DNA of 64,000 nt, from contig JARRBB010000001.1 in assembly GCA_029981435.1 (NCBI GenBank), positions 1,691 to 65,690 on the forward strand, in the 5' to 3' direction. Origin of the DNA: Thermotogaceae bacterium. GTDB taxonomy: Bacteria > Thermotogota > Thermotogae > B21-G9 > HyVt-16. Shown piece after piece: positions 29,408 to 41,441 of the stretch. Every line of letters starts with the position of its first letter. The stretch's first letter is position 1. The notes under the pieces were generated by a model that did no database searches, had not been told where the DNA came from, and was given only the letters and a program-made list of their open reading frames with translations. The translations under genes and the position numbers were made by a program.

Positions 29408-31863
29408 ACTTTATCACCAACTTTTTTCTTTTCCTCCTTTTTTCTGAAAACTATCTGACCGTTTCTCGCTGAAATCGCGATTTTATCTCCCTCTTTGAAA
29501 CTACCTTTGAGAATCTCTTCTGCCAGAGGATCTTCGAGATATTTTTGCAAAGCTCTTTTTAGAGGCCTTGCACCATATATTGGATCGAACCCTTTGTTTA
29601 TAAGAAGTTCCTTGGCACTCGCGGTTAAATGTATGCTGATTCTTTTTTCTGAGAGTCTCTTCATTATATCGTTTACCTGTATATCGATTATCTGTGCCAT
29701 GTGTTCTCTGTTCAATGGATGGAAAACGATTATTTCATCAATTCTGTTCAAAAATTCCGGCCTGAATAGTTTTTTTACTTCTCCCATAACCACGTCTCTC
29801 ATTTCCTGGTAATCTTTTTCTTCATTCTCAGATCCTACAAAACCAAGGGTTTTTTTACTCTTGTTTATCAGTTCTCCACCAAGATTACTGGTCATTATGA
29901 TTATTGTGTTTCTGAAATCCACAACCCTACCCTGTGAATCGGTCAATCGCCCATCATCGAGTATCTGAAGCAGAATATTGAAAACATCTGGGTGAGCTTT
30001 TTCAATTTCATCTAACAATATCACTGAAAATGGTCTTCTTCTAACCTTTTCAGTTAAGACACCACCTTCTTCATAGCCTACATATCCCGGAGGTGCTCCG
30101 ATGAGTCTTGAAACAGCGAACCTTTCCATATATTCGCTCATATCAATTCTTATCAGTGCGTTTTCATCACCGAACAGATAGGATGCAAGAACTTTTGCTA
30201 ATTCAGTTTTTCCAACACCTGTAGGGCCAAGAAATACGAAAGAACCCACAGGTCTTCTCGGGTCTTTTAAACCGCTCCTTGCTCTTCTGATCGCTTTAGA
30301 AATAGCTTCGATAGCTTCGTTCTGCCCAACGATTCTTTGATGCAGTACTTCTTCAAGTTTTAAAAGTTTCTGAGTCTCTGTTTCTTCAAGTTTTGTGAGT
30401 GGTATTCCAGTCCATTTGGAAACTACTTCGGCAATTTCTTCAACGCCTATTGTGATGAACTTGTTTTCAACTTCTTTCTTCCACTCAAGATACTCATTTC
30501 TGAGCAAAGATTCTATCCTTTTTTCTTCTTCTCTAAGAATCGCGGCTTTTTCATAATCTTGATTTATAGCAAGAAGCTCTTTTTCTTCTCTGATTGACCT
30601 GAGTTTCTCTTCGATTTCTTTGATATAATCTGGAAGCGTTAGCAATTTCTGTCTAATTCTTGCACCAGCTTCATCTATAACATCTATAGCTTTATCCGGT
30701 AAAAAATGATCGGATATATATCTTTTGGAAAGTTGAATGGCTGCCCAAAGAGCATCATCAGTGTATTTCACTTTGTGATGGGTTTCATATTTCAACCTCA
30801 AACCTTTAAGTATGGCAAAAGTTTCCTCTTCGGTAGGTTCGTTAACAAGTACTTTCTGGAATCTTCTTTCAAGTGCTGCATCTTTTTCAATATACTTTCT
30901 GTACTCATCTGGCGTCGTTGCACCGATACATCTCAGTTCTCCTCTGGCCAGAGGTGGTTTTAAAATATTTGCAGCATCAACGGCACCCTCTGCTGCACCT
31001 GCACCAACTATCGTATGAATTTCATCTATGAACAGTATTATGCTTTTATCTTTTGTTACAAGCTGTATCAATTTTTTTAGACGTTTTTCAAATTCACCTC
31101 TGTACTTTGTTCCAGCAACCAGAGCCGCTATATCAAGTGAGAATATCACATTGTTTTTGAGTGTCTCTGGTACTTTTCCTTCAACGATTCTTTGAGCTAA
31201 TCCCTCTACTATCGCAGTTTTACCAACACCGGGCTCGCCAATCAATACAGGATTGTTTTTCTTTCTTCTACTAAGTATCTGTATCATTCTTTCAATTTCG
31301 TCTTCTCTACCTATCACAGGGTCGAGTTTTCCTTGCTTGGCAAGATCGGTTAAATCTACACCAAACCCTTCAAGTTGTTTGACAGTCACATTGGAATTTA
31401 TCTGACCAAAAGTGTATTCACTCTCTTGAGGAGTGATGGCATCAAGCAGTTCTTTTTTCAACTCTCCGAGATCCACTCCCAATCTTTTAAGGATGTTTGC
31501 GGCTATTCCTTCACCTTCTTTTACTATTCCAAGAAGCACATGTTCAGCCGTTATATATGATTGACCAAGAAGCTTGGCTTCGTCGTAAGCCAGCTCAATT
31601 ATTTTTCTTGCTCTTGGAGTCATTTGCGGAGATTTTGTTACACGGTCTGGCGAACCCATACCAACCAGGGCTATTATTTCATTTTTGACATTGTTATAAT
31701 TAACTCCAAAATCAGTTATCACCTCAAAAGCTGGTCCACTTCCAAGCTTCAGTATTCCCAGCAAGAAATGCTCAGTTCCTACGTACGAATGTCCGAGTTT
31801 CTTCGCTTCTTCTTGTGCTGCCAGCAGTACCTGAACAGCTCTTTCAGAAAATTTATCGTACAT
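29404..31863 (-). CDS. clpC: ATP-dependent Clp protease ATP-binding subunit ClpC
   Basis: 819 aa with two Clp_N repeats, two AAA+ modules ([18 protein letters not shown]) and a UVR-like linker. Confidence 0.92.
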   Translation of the reverse strand: MYDKFSERAVQVLLAAQEEAKKLGHSYVGTEHFLLGILKLGSGPAFEVITDFGVNYNNVKNEIIALVGMGSPDRVTKSPQMTPRARKIIELAYDEAKLLGQSYITAEHVLLGIVKEGEGIAANILKRLGVDLGELKKELLDAITPQESEYTFGQINSNVTVKQLEGFGVDLTDLAKQGKLDPVIGREDEIERMIQILSRRKKNNPVLIGEPGVGKTAIVEGLAQRIVEGKVPETLKNNVIFSLDIAALVAGTKYRGEFEKRLKKLIQLVTKDKSIILFIDEIHTIVGAGAAEGAVDAANILKPPLARGELRCIGATTPDEYRKYIEKDAALERRFQKVLVNEPTEEETFAILKGLRLKYETHHKVKYTDDALWAAIQLSKRYISDHFLPDKAIDVIDEAGARIRQKLLTLPDYIKEIEEKLRSIREEKELLAINQDYEKAAILREEEKRIESLLRNEYLEWKKEVENKFITIGVEEIAEVVSKWTGIPLTKLEETETQKLLKLEEVLHQRIVGQNEAIEAISKAIRRARSGLKDPRRPVGSFVFLGPTGVGKTELAKVLASYLFGDENALIRIDMSEYMERFAVSRLIGAPPGYVGYEEGGVLTEKVRRRPFSVILLDEIEKAHPDVFNILLQILDDGRLTDSQGRVVDFRNTIIIMTSNLGGELINKSKKTLGFVGSENEEKDYQEMRDVVMGEVKKLFRPEFLNRIDEIIVFHPLNREHMAQIIDIQVNDIMKRLSEKRISIHLTASAKELLINKGFDPIYGARPLKRALQKYLEDPLAEEILKGSFKEGDKIAISARNGQIVFRKKEEKKKVGDKV

Positions 31864-31865
31864 AT

Positions 31866-32513
31866 TTATACACCTCCTAATGTAAACAGACTCAAAAGTG
31901 CTATCGTGTTGTTCAAAGAGTGTAGTGTTATCGGTACCAATAAATTAGAACGAATTTCGTAGAAATAGTTCATCAAAATACTCAACATTAGTATCACTGG
32001 AAATGTTTCAAGAGAATGAAACAAAGCGAATATAAGCGATGTTATTATTATTGATACCTCAACTCTCATAAAATTTTTTAAAAAATTATACACCATTCCT
32101 CTGAAAATTAACTCTTCGGTTATCGGGCCTAAAAATATTGCAACGACAACGAAAAGAATCTTTTGTGAATTATCAAGATTTTTTATGTTAACCCCAACAT
32201 AGTTACTGTCATTCACTGGAAAAAGTAATCCCAGAATCAACAAACTTATGAACAAAATTGGGAACACTTTCAAAGACCAGAGAAAATCTTTTAAAAAATT
32301 TTCCCTTTTAAACCAACTTGACAGTAGGTTTCTACGTCTGGTTATTATCAGTACTATTGTCAAAGAATAGATATACCATATTAATGATACTGTCCCCAAA
32401 TATCTGGAATTAATTTCAACATTCTTTTCAAAGAATACTATGGTAATGAGAAATAAGAACAGAATCTCAAGTGAAATAAAAATCAAGATGTCCCTTATTT
32501 TCAATTTATTCAA
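31866..32513 (-). CDS. CPBP-family intramembrane metalloprotease (CAAX protease-like)
   Basis: Polytopic membrane protein with EELIFRG and FALFH motifs. Confidence 0.75.
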   Translation of the reverse strand: MNKLKIRDILIFISLEILFLFLITIVFFEKNVEINSRYLGTVSLIWYIYSLTIVLIITRRRNLLSSWFKRENFLKDFLWSLKVFPILFISLLILGLLFPVNDSNYVGVNIKNLDNSQKILFVVVAIFLGPITEELIFRGMVYNFLKNFMRVEVSIIITSLIFALFHSLETFPVILMLSILMNYFYEIRSNLLVPITLHSLNNTIALLSLFTLGGV

Positions 32514-32550
32514 AAAATTCCCTCCAATTAGATTATAACATTAAAAATTT

Positions 32551-34542
32551 TCAATCAAGTTTAGTTCCCTTTAACTCAAGTATTTTGTCCCTCAGTTTTG
32601 CAGCATCTTCATATCTAAGTTCGCTTGCCGCTTTATACATTTCTTCTTCAAGCAAAGATATATAGTCATTTATATCAAGATTTTCTCCTAATTTCAATAT
32701 CGTTTCAACTTCTTCTGAAAGTTCTTCATAGTTTTCAGATTCTTTAACTCTGAATTGTGCAAAAATATCTTCGTCGAGTGGTTTCACAATACTTTTTGGA
32801 GTTATGTTGTATTTGAGATTGTATTCCATTTGCTTTTTTCTGCGTCGATTGGTTTCATCAATGGCTTGCTTCATAGCTCCGGTGATCTTATCAGCGTATA
32901 AAATCACCTTACCGTTGACATTTCTCGCTGCTCTTCCTATTGTCTGTATCAATGTTGTTTCAGAGCGTAAAAATCCCTCTGCATCGGCGTCTAAAATAGC
33001 CACAAGAGAAACTTCAGGTAAGTCCAGTCCTTCTCTTAAAAGATTCACACCCACCACCACATCTATTTGCCCACTTCTGAGTTTTCTAAGAACCTCAACT
33101 CTTTCAACTGAACCAAGTTCCGAATGCAGGTAAAGAGCTCTTATTCCCATTTCTCTGAAGTAATCTGCGAGTCTTTCAGCCATATTTTTGGTCAGGGTTG
33201 TAACCAGAGCTTTTTCATTTCTGGACCTCACGATTCTTATTTCTTCGAGTAAATCGTCAATCTGGTTTTCAGTTGGTTTCAAGACTACTTCTGGATCAAC
33301 CAATCCTGTTGGTCTGATAAGTTGCTCGACTATCTGTTCAGAAACTTCGTATTCGTAGTCTCCAGGAGTTGCAGAAACAAATATTATTTGTCCAACTTTA
33401 CTTAGAAATTCCTCGAATGTAAGAGGCCTATTGTCGTATGCACAGGGCAATCTAAAGCCGTATTCTACAAGATTTTTCTTTCTTGATCTATCTCCACGAT
33501 GCATTGCATTCAGTTGAGGAACGGTTATATGAGACTCGTCTATAAAAACCAGTAAATCTTTATCGAAATAGTCAAGCAAAGTCCAGGGCGCCTCTCCAGG
33601 TTTTCTACCGTCAAAATGTCTTGAATAATTTTCAATTCCACTACAGTATCCAAGTTCTGAAAGCATCTCAATATCCTGAAGAGTACGTTGCTCCAACCTT
33701 TGGGCTTCCAGCAATTTTCCATGTTTTCTGAAATAGATGAGCTGTTCCCTTAATTCTTCTTGAATGGATTCAATGGCAGCTGCTATTTTTTCGTCGGTAG
33801 TTATATATTCTTTTGCAGGATAGATAACTATTTTATCATATTCTTCGATGATCGTTCTGTTCAGGGGATCAAAAGAAAGAATCTTTTCCACTTCATCGTC
33901 AAAGAACTCAATTCTTATACCTGTATCTTCATAAGAAGGAATTATCTCTAAAATTTCACCTCTCAATCTAAAGGTACCACTCTTTGAGAGATCTTCCATT
34001 CTTTCATACTGCATCTTTGCGAGCTTTTTCAATAGTTCTTTTCGTTTTATTTCTTCTCCAACAGATAACTTCAAATTCAACGATTCAAAATCGTTAGGAT
34101 CTCCAGATGCATAAATACACGAAACACTTGCTACAACTATTACATCACGCCTGGTCAAGACAGATTTAAGAGTCGATAACCGCATACGCATTATTATATC
34201 GTTTATATCGGCATTTTTTTCTATATATAAATCTTTTGAAGGGACGTAGGCTTCTGGTTGGTAATAATCGTAATAACTTATAAAAAATTCCACGCGATTT
34301 TCTGGAAAAAAAGTTTTGAATTCTTTATAAAGCTGCGCTGCTAAGGTTTTATTGGGGGATATAACAAGAGTTGGTCTTTGCAGTTTTTCAATCACATTTG
34401 CCATAGTGAAGGTTTTGCCAGAACCTGTAACACCAAGCAGAGTCTGAAATCTGTATCCTCTTTTAACACCTTCCACCAGCCTGTTGATAGCTTCTGGCTG
34501 GTCTCCCATTGGAACCATTTCACTTATGAGTTTGAATTTCAC
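32551..34542 (-). CDS. uvrB: Excinuclease ABC subunit B
   Basis: 663 aa with helicase motifs ([12 protein letters not shown]), beta-hairpin region, and a C-terminal UVR domain. Confidence 0.97.
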   Translation of the reverse strand: MKFKLISEMVPMGDQPEAINRLVEGVKRGYRFQTLLGVTGSGKTFTMANVIEKLQRPTLVISPNKTLAAQLYKEFKTFFPENRVEFFISYYDYYQPEAYVPSKDLYIEKNADINDIIMRMRLSTLKSVLTRRDVIVVASVSCIYASGDPNDFESLNLKLSVGEEIKRKELLKKLAKMQYERMEDLSKSGTFRLRGEILEIIPSYEDTGIRIEFFDDEVEKILSFDPLNRTIIEEYDKIVIYPAKEYITTDEKIAAAIESIQEELREQLIYFRKHGKLLEAQRLEQRTLQDIEMLSELGYCSGIENYSRHFDGRKPGEAPWTLLDYFDKDLLVFIDESHITVPQLNAMHRGDRSRKKNLVEYGFRLPCAYDNRPLTFEEFLSKVGQIIFVSATPGDYEYEVSEQIVEQLIRPTGLVDPEVVLKPTENQIDDLLEEIRIVRSRNEKALVTTLTKNMAERLADYFREMGIRALYLHSELGSVERVEVLRKLRSGQIDVVVGVNLLREGLDLPEVSLVAILDADAEGFLRSETTLIQTIGRAARNVNGKVILYADKITGAMKQAIDETNRRRKKQMEYNLKYNITPKSIVKPLDEDIFAQFRVKESENYEELSEEVETILKLGENLDINDYISLLEEEMYKAASELRYEDAAKLRDKILELKGTKLD

Positions 34543-34543
34543 C

Positions 34544-35089
34544 TTAATTTACAGCCTCCTGCAGTTTTCTTATAAAATCATCAGAAGGTATGTTTTCTGA
34601 AAGTTGGTTTAGAAGATCAATCTGGTTTTCCATGAAATATCCCATCGCTAATAACTCCATACAATCCAGCCATGTTATTTCAATACCGGGAAGTATCTGG
34701 AGTTTATAGGAATCTGGAGCAAGATTTTCAAAGTCTTGACCTGCGAAAATCAAATTTTCCCATCTTCCGTTTTCCCAAGAAGTTATCATTAAACCAAGAT
34801 AAGCGTCCACATTTTTAGAATTGTAGGAGAGCGAATTGTTAAAATAATTTTCAGCACTTGAATAATTTTCTTTCAGCAGATTCACCCATCCAAGACCCTC
34901 TGACGCCTCTGACAGTTCATTCTGATTTTTCGAGTTATTCAATACTATTATAAAATAATTTTCGGCAGAATTTAAGTCCCAATTTTTCAATGCGTCGTAT
35001 CCATTTGATAAATAATCTATCTTTTTTTCACAAGCCCAGAGAATAAACAATAAGCATGCAAATATTGAAACAAAAAAGATTTTTTTCAA
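34544..35089 (-). CDS. Putative lipoprotein with TPR-like region
   Basis: Signal peptide ending in a lipobox-like ...LWAC. Overlaps the protease gene by 4 nt. Confidence 0.5.
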   Translation of the reverse strand: MKKIFFVSIFACLLFILWACEKKIDYLSNGYDALKNWDLNSAENYFIIVLNNSKNQNELSEASEGLGWVNLLKENYSSAENYFNNSLSYNSKNVDAYLGLMITSWENGRWENLIFAGQDFENLAPDSYKLQILPGIEITWLDCMELLAMGYFMENQIDLLNQLSENIPSDDFIRKLQEAVN

Positions 35090-37236
35090 GGGACGGCACC
35101 TCTTTCAGAAATTGACTCAATAGTTCCGTTATCAAAATCAAATAAATATTCTTCAAACAGAATAATATCCTGCTGAACGAAAGTATAATATACTCCTTCT
35201 CTTTGTTTGATGAACGCAGAAGCTGGTGGTTCGTCAAAGCCGTATTCTATAATTGTAAGTAGTTTTTTGTTGTTAATAAGACTTCTTTGCGATATCAATG
35301 AAAAAATCCCAAAACTTTTATAGTAGCTTTCGAAATTTCCAAGGGAGTCTTCTACAGTTATTTCCAGGGTTATAGTTTTATTCGATGGTTCCAGATGAAT
35401 AAATAAAATTTTCTCTACAGTGTCGAATTCGTAAGTGAAAGTAGCATCACAATCTATATGAAATATGAAATCCTGGTCTGAAATTATCTGAAATTCAAGG
35501 ACATTTGACTCTCCGAACAAAAGATAATCTGGAACATTCAAGGCGATTATATGCAAATCATTTGTCAATGGCGTCGGCATCGTTTTGAAACTCCAAACAG
35601 GACCTTCTGTTATTCCACCTTTCTGATCGTCTGCGACTATTTTCCAATAATACTGGGTATCGTAATTCAGATTATTCAAAGGATAACTTTTCAATTCATA
35701 ATCGGATTCAATTAATTGAAGATTTTTATAATCAGTCCCGAAGTATATTTTGTATTTTAAAGCGTCGTTGTCAGGATCAGAACAATTCCATTTTAGGGTG
35801 ATGTTTGTAGAAACGTTAGTTACTGAATCCTCAGGAATAGGTGAAAAAGGTTGTAGAGGATAATGATTGAAAACTATATCCAAATAAATATCATCGTTGA
35901 ACTTACTGATATTTTCCACGAATATTCCTGAATAGTTTAAATAGTAATCACTGCTTGGTAAAGTAAAAGGTGTGAATCCAGTTTTATAGGTATCACCTGG
36001 AAAAGGATCTGAAGAATCACCGGGGTTTATCTTCTTTTCAAGATCAAAGTTTCCATCAGCCTGTTCAAGAGCAACCATGTAGTGAAAATCCGGATTCAGA
36101 CCTGGATACCATTGCTGAGAATTTGTAAATTTGTTTTCATCCACATGATAGATCAAAAGACCTTTCCCGGGCAAATAAAAATCAAAATCTTTTAATTGTC
36201 TGTTTTCTAAAAGGAAATACTCTTTTGGATCAGTGCCGTTTCTGATAAGTGCAACTATATCTCCACCGTTCATTACACTCTTCAACAGTAAGTCTTTCTT
36301 GTTTTCAGAAAAAGCATGCACACTGTACCAACCTGTTTGAAGCTTGGACCATGCATCTAATCCAGAAGGAGAGCCTCCCATCCCATTTTCACCATTCCAA
36401 CAACCATAAGACATTAAAGACCAGTTCCCCAGTCCGTACGAATCGATATCATAAAGATCAGTTAGTCCAAGAATATGACCTATTTCGTGACAATAGACTC
36501 CAATAGTCATGTCTCCTGGTTCAATCCAGTATTCAGGTTCCATAGCGTAGTCTTTTGCATGAACGCCATCGACCATCAATCCTGAAATAGCACTTCTATG
36601 ACTCCATATATCGGTTGTCTTACCTGTGAATTCTGCTCCAGGACCAGCGTGAACCACGAGCAGGAGATCTATATATCCATCTTTATCGTTATCGTACTTT
36701 GAAAAGTCGATAGAATTATCTGCGATTTCTACGATATCCTCGACAAGCTTTTGAGCGTTTTGTGGATAACTTCCAAGGCCATAATAGTTGTTTACATAAT
36801 AAGAATAATTGTTGGGTGCTGTGAACCAGCCGTAAACATCGATAATCAAATTCATTTTCCCTTTCGATGCCCATAAATAGTATTCTCTTATGCTTCCAGA
36901 ATTTGTATTACCTGGATATTTGCTTGACCAGTTCAGTCCAATAGAATTTGCGAGATCTTCAAAAAAACTTTCTTCAACCTGATGTTGATTATCTGGAAAA
37001 TCAACCAGAAGCATAACAGCATGAATTGTCCCGCTTAGATATTTTTCACTTTTAAGCGTGTTGTTTTCAAGTTTAAGTTCTTTGATTTCGCCTTTGCTTA
37101 AGGATAGCGCAGGTATATTTAGAAGCCCTTTATTAACAGCATCAAGAAGTTTTGGGTGTGGTGGCATGGAGAATGAAAAAACTGAGAGTAAAAATAGCAG
37201 AAAGAAGGAAATTTTGAAAAATCTAAGTGGTTGCAA
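35086..37236 (-). CDS. Secreted M6-family (immune inhibitor A-like) zinc metalloprotease with C-terminal FN3-like region
   Basis: 716 aa with a signal peptide and zinc-binding motif HEIGHILGLTDLYD, the M6 InhA signature. TTG start behind RBS GAGGTGA. Confidence 0.7.
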   Translation of the reverse strand: MQPLRFFKISFFLLFLLSVFSFSMPPHPKLLDAVNKGLLNIPALSLSKGEIKELKLENNTLKSEKYLSGTIHAVMLLVDFPDNQHQVEESFFEDLANSIGLNWSSKYPGNTNSGSIREYYLWASKGKMNLIIDVYGWFTAPNNYSYYVNNYYGLGSYPQNAQKLVEDIVEIADNSIDFSKYDNDKDGYIDLLLVVHAGPGAEFTGKTTDIWSHRSAISGLMVDGVHAKDYAMEPEYWIEPGDMTIGVYCHEIGHILGLTDLYDIDSYGLGNWSLMSYGCWNGENGMGGSPSGLDAWSKLQTGWYSVHAFSENKKDLLLKSVMNGGDIVALIRNGTDPKEYFLLENRQLKDFDFYLPGKGLLIYHVDENKFTNSQQWYPGLNPDFHYMVALEQADGNFDLEKKINPGDSSDPFPGDTYKTGFTPFTLPSSDYYLNYSGIFVENISKFNDDIYLDIVFNHYPLQPFSPIPEDSVTNVSTNITLKWNCSDPDNDALKYKIYFGTDYKNLQLIESDYELKSYPLNNLNYDTQYYWKIVADDQKGGITEGPVWSFKTMPTPLTNDLHIIALNVPDYLLFGESNVLEFQIISDQDFIFHIDCDATFTYEFDTVEKILFIHLEPSNKTITLEITVEDSLGNFESYYKSFGIFSLISQRSLINNKKLLTIIEYGFDEPPASAFIKQREGVYYTFVQQDIILFEEYLFDFDNGTIESISERGAVP

Positions 37237-37293
37237 TTTGATTCACCTCAGTGAAGAGATGCTGCCATTTTTAGGCAGCATCTCAATAAAAAT

Positions 37294-37755
37294 TCACTTC
37301 GTTAATTCACTCAAAAGTTTGGATAGATCAGCCAGATGTTTTCTTTCCTCTTTTATTATCTCATTTATCAAATTTTTATCTGGAACAAGTGCTTCTATTT
37401 CACCGTAAAAAACAATGCTTTCTTTTTCAACATCTATTGCTACCTTCAGAGCATCTTCAACTTTTTCTGGTACTTCGTTCGACTGAAGTTTTGGAAATAT
37501 GGATACCTGTGCATATGAAGTCAGATATCCTTTGACTTCCTCATCAGCCCAGCTTGATAATTCAACAGGACTCAGATTTTTGTATTTTTCCACAAGTCCT
37601 CTGAAGGTCTGAATATGATCTCTTTCTTGTTCAGCAAGGTTTGCGAAAATACTTGCAAGTTCACCGCTTACTTTTTTTGAAAGCTTTGAGTAAAACTCGT
37701 AACCGTTCGCTTCAATCTTAACCGCAACATCGATTAAGTCAATCAAATCCAGCAT
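37294..37755 (-). CDS. Rubrerythrin/ferritin-like four-helix-bundle protein
   Basis: 153 aa with paired E-x-x-H-like helices (EQERDHI, KEERKHL). Immediately downstream of the flavodiiron gene. Confidence 0.55.
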   Translation of the reverse strand: MLDLIDLIDVAVKIEANGYEFYSKLSKKVSGELASIFANLAEQERDHIQTFRGLVEKYKNLSPVELSSWADEEVKGYLTSYAQVSIFPKLQSNEVPEKVEDALKVAIDVEKESIVFYGEIEALVPDKNLINEIIKEERKHLADLSKLLSELTK

Positions 37756-38937
<1,182 letters not shown>

Positions 38938-38953
38938 GGTTTATTACCTCCTT

Positions 38954-39826
38954 TCATTTACTCCACTCAATGACCTCTATGGCTGTACCGGCCGTTCCTG
39001 GACCAACATGAGTTGTTATAACCTTCCCCATAAGGGCTGTTTGCATTGTTGCAATCGAATAATCTTCAGACAGTACATGTGCTATTTCTTCGGCTTCTTT
39101 CGAAGCTGCAGCACTGACAGGCATCAATCTCAACTTAGAGCCTTTAGGTATCAACTCGTTTATTTTAGATTTGATCATTTCAAGTGCTTTTTTTGAGCCT
39201 CGTGCTTTGCCAAATGGGGTTAGACCACCTTCTTCATCTATTATCAGTCCGATTTTCAATTTCAACATTCCACCGATGAAACCCTGAATTTTTGAAACTC
39301 GCCCACCCTTGACAAGAAAGTCAAAATTCGATACATAGAAAGCAGCATAAAACCTTCTTTTTTCAACATCTTCGTCTATTATCTTTATCACTTCATCGTA
39401 TCCAAAGCCTTTTTCAAACAATTCGGCTGTTTTTATGGTAATTAATCCAAGAGCTGCTGATGCAAGCTTTGTGTCAACTACATGGATGGGAGTATCGAAA
39501 CTTTTTGATGCCAAAAGTGACGAGTTGTATGTTCCTGACAATTTGCTTGAGATGCAAAGAACAACTATCTTTTCATATCCTTCTTTGATTGCCTCTTCAT
39601 AGAGTTTCTCGAAATCTGCAGGAGATGGTTGAGAGGTTTTTGGAAGAGCTTCAGCTTCTGAAATTCTCTTATAAAAATCTTCGATTTCTTCTGGATTCCA
39701 TGAATCATTTTCTTCTCTTCCATCTGGCCAGACTACCTTCAAAGGTGCAATTGAAATTTTGTATTTTTCAGCTATTGATTTCGGTATATCAGCAGTGCTA
39801 TCTGCGATTATCTTTACTTTCTCCAT
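38954..39826 (-). CDS. DegV-family fatty-acid-binding protein
   Basis: DegV pattern (KIIADSTADIP...). I moved the start to ATG 39826 behind RBS GGAGGTG; the track ORF starts 5 codons earlier at a TTG. Confidence 0.8.
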   Translation of the reverse strand: MEKVKIIADSTADIPKSIAEKYKISIAPLKVVWPDGREENDSWNPEEIEDFYKRISEAEALPKTSQPSPADFEKLYEEAIKEGYEKIVVLCISSKLSGTYNSSLLASKSFDTPIHVVDTKLASAALGLITIKTAELFEKGFGYDEVIKIIDEDVEKRRFYAAFYVSNFDFLVKGGRVSKIQGFIGGMLKLKIGLIIDEEGGLTPFGKARGSKKALEMIKSKINELIPKGSKLRLMPVSAAASKEAEEIAHVLSEDYSIATMQTALMGKVITTHVGPGTAGTAIEVIEWSK

Positions 39827-40460
39827 AACTAACACCTCCAAAATTTTGCAGATTACTTAAGTTATTCAAATGCCAAGTTTCGTTTAAACTTTCAAGATAA
39901 AATTCTCCTCTATCGTAAGACACCATGGTTATAGACGCATTGTTTATCCTGAGCCTTCTGTTTTCACTCAAAGGCATTCTCAAAATCCAACATATTAGAG
40001 ATTTAAGCCAAAGAGCATGTGAAACGATAATTATATTAGAATCATCACTATGATTGAGAACAATTCTTTTAAAGCTCTTTACGGCCCTTGATTGTAAATT
40101 GGCTAATGGTTCAACCCCGTTGATTTCAGCGTAAGGATCTGTTCTCCAGATTTCAAACTCATCTTTGAATTCCGATAGAACTTCCAAAATGTTTTTTCCG
40201 TTCCAGAGATTTATTCTTCCCTCACTTAAATCTTCCATTACTGTCAGATCAACGTTGAGATAATCTGCTATTATCCGAGCAGTTTCAAAGGCCCTTGAAA
40301 GAGGTGATGAGTATATCGCTTCAATTTCAACTGTTTCTAACCTTTTCGCTATTGCATTTGCTTGAGCACGTCCAGTTTCATTCAAAGGTATATCTGAGTT
40401 TCCCTGCCAGATTTTCAGTTTGTTCCAATCGGTCTCACCATGTCTTACAAGATATATCAC
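39798..40460 (-). CDS. Histidine phosphatase family protein (phosphoglycerate mutase-like)
   Basis: Catalytic RHGETDWN motif at the N-terminus. GTG start behind RBS GGAGGGA. Confidence 0.8.
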   Translation of the reverse strand: MIYLVRHGETDWNKLKIWQGNSDIPLNETGRAQANAIAKRLETVEIEAIYSSPLSRAFETARIIADYLNVDLTVMEDLSEGRINLWNGKNILEVLSEFKDEFEIWRTDPYAEINGVEPLANLQSRAVKSFKRIVLNHSDDSNIIIVSHALWLKSLICWILRMPLSENRRLRINNASITMVSYDRGEFYLESLNETWHLNNLSNLQNFGGVSYGESKDNRR

Positions 40461-40555
40461 TGAAGATTCCCTCCACTATTTTCTAAAAATATAATATCAT
40501 ATTTTGTACTTCATTGATAAAATATGTTATTTGAAATTAACATTAGTTAAATAAT

Positions 40556-40969
40556 CTAAACACCACGCCTTCGATAACTTTCGTCTATGGCGGTAGAAGA
40601 TATTATGGAAAATATAACCCCTGTTAAAAAACCAATGATGCTAAAAAATGCATCAAAGAAATTTCCATCTCTGTAAGGAAGTTTTTCCTGATAAAATTCA
40701 TCGATCACCGGGAAAATTATGAAAAACACGAAAAACAGGCCATATATTACTCGAGAAGTTTTTTTGGAGTTCCTGAAAAACGAGAAATAGAGCAATACAC
40801 TTCCTATCATATAAACGAAAAAATGCCAAAGCTTGTCTTCATTAAGGAAGCGATTGTAATTGAAAGGTTGATTTGGAGTTACCGAAAAATAAATCAAAAT
40901 ACCCACGTAAATAAAGAAAAAGAGTTTCAGAAAGATTTTGCTTTTACTTCTACTCATCGATGTATTCAT
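40556..40969 (-). CDS. VanZ-family membrane protein
   Basis: Four transmembrane segments with a DKLWHF...DEFYQ...P.R pattern. Confidence 0.6.
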   Translation of the reverse strand: MNTSMSRSKSKIFLKLFFFIYVGILIYFSVTPNQPFNYNRFLNEDKLWHFFVYMIGSVLLYFSFFRNSKKTSRVIYGLFFVFFIIFPVIDEFYQEKLPYRDGNFFDAFFSIIGFLTGVIFSIISSTAIDESYRRRGV

Positions 40970-41441
40970 CCTTCAATAGCCCATAAATTATTATATCCCA
41001 GTATTTCCCGTTAATGTACTTCGCTTTCCTCATTATGCCCTCTTTAACAAATCCAAAGCTTTCGAATAATCTGATAGATGATTCGTTGTATTCATAGATT
41101 TCTGCTGTCAATCTGTGCAAATTCATAACTTTGAAAGCATGTTCCAGAGTTTTGGCTAAGATTTTCTTCCCAAATCCTCTTCCTTGCTTATCTACATCAA
41201 CAAAAATGGTTATGTATGCTGTCCTGTTGAACCACTTTATATTGTAGATTGAAGCACCACCTACAACTTCTCCTGCAGCAGATTTAGCTATTAAATCGAT
41301 AGCATCGGGCATTTTGTCCCAGTAAAGGTTCTTTTCGGACAGAAATTGTAAAACTTCCTTTTTGTTTTTTATTTTTTCTAATTCTTTCTTATCGATATCA
41401 TTTTTTACCATATCAAGTTGAATTTCATCCAGAAGGATCAT
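40950..41441 (-). CDS. GNAT-family N-acetyltransferase (RimJ/RimL-like)
   Basis: 163 aa with acetyl-CoA-binding motif QGRGFGKKIL and the conserved C-terminal RLFESFGF. Confidence 0.75.
   Translation of the reverse strand: MILLDEIQLDMVKNDIDKKELEKIKNKKEVLQFLSEKNLYWDKMPDAIDLIAKSAAGEVVGGASIYNIKWFNRTAYITIFVDVDKQGRGFGKKILAKTLEHAFKVMNLHRLTAEIYEYNESSIRLFESFGFVKEGIMRKAKYINGKYWDIIIYGLLKDEYIDE

Noticed and set aside
37246-37270. Inverted repeat GATGCTGCC-ATTTTT-AGGCAGCATC between the rubrerythrin-like and M6 protease genes
   Set aside because: It is a 9-bp stem but has no following U-tract on either strand. It may be a minor RNA structure, not called a terminator.
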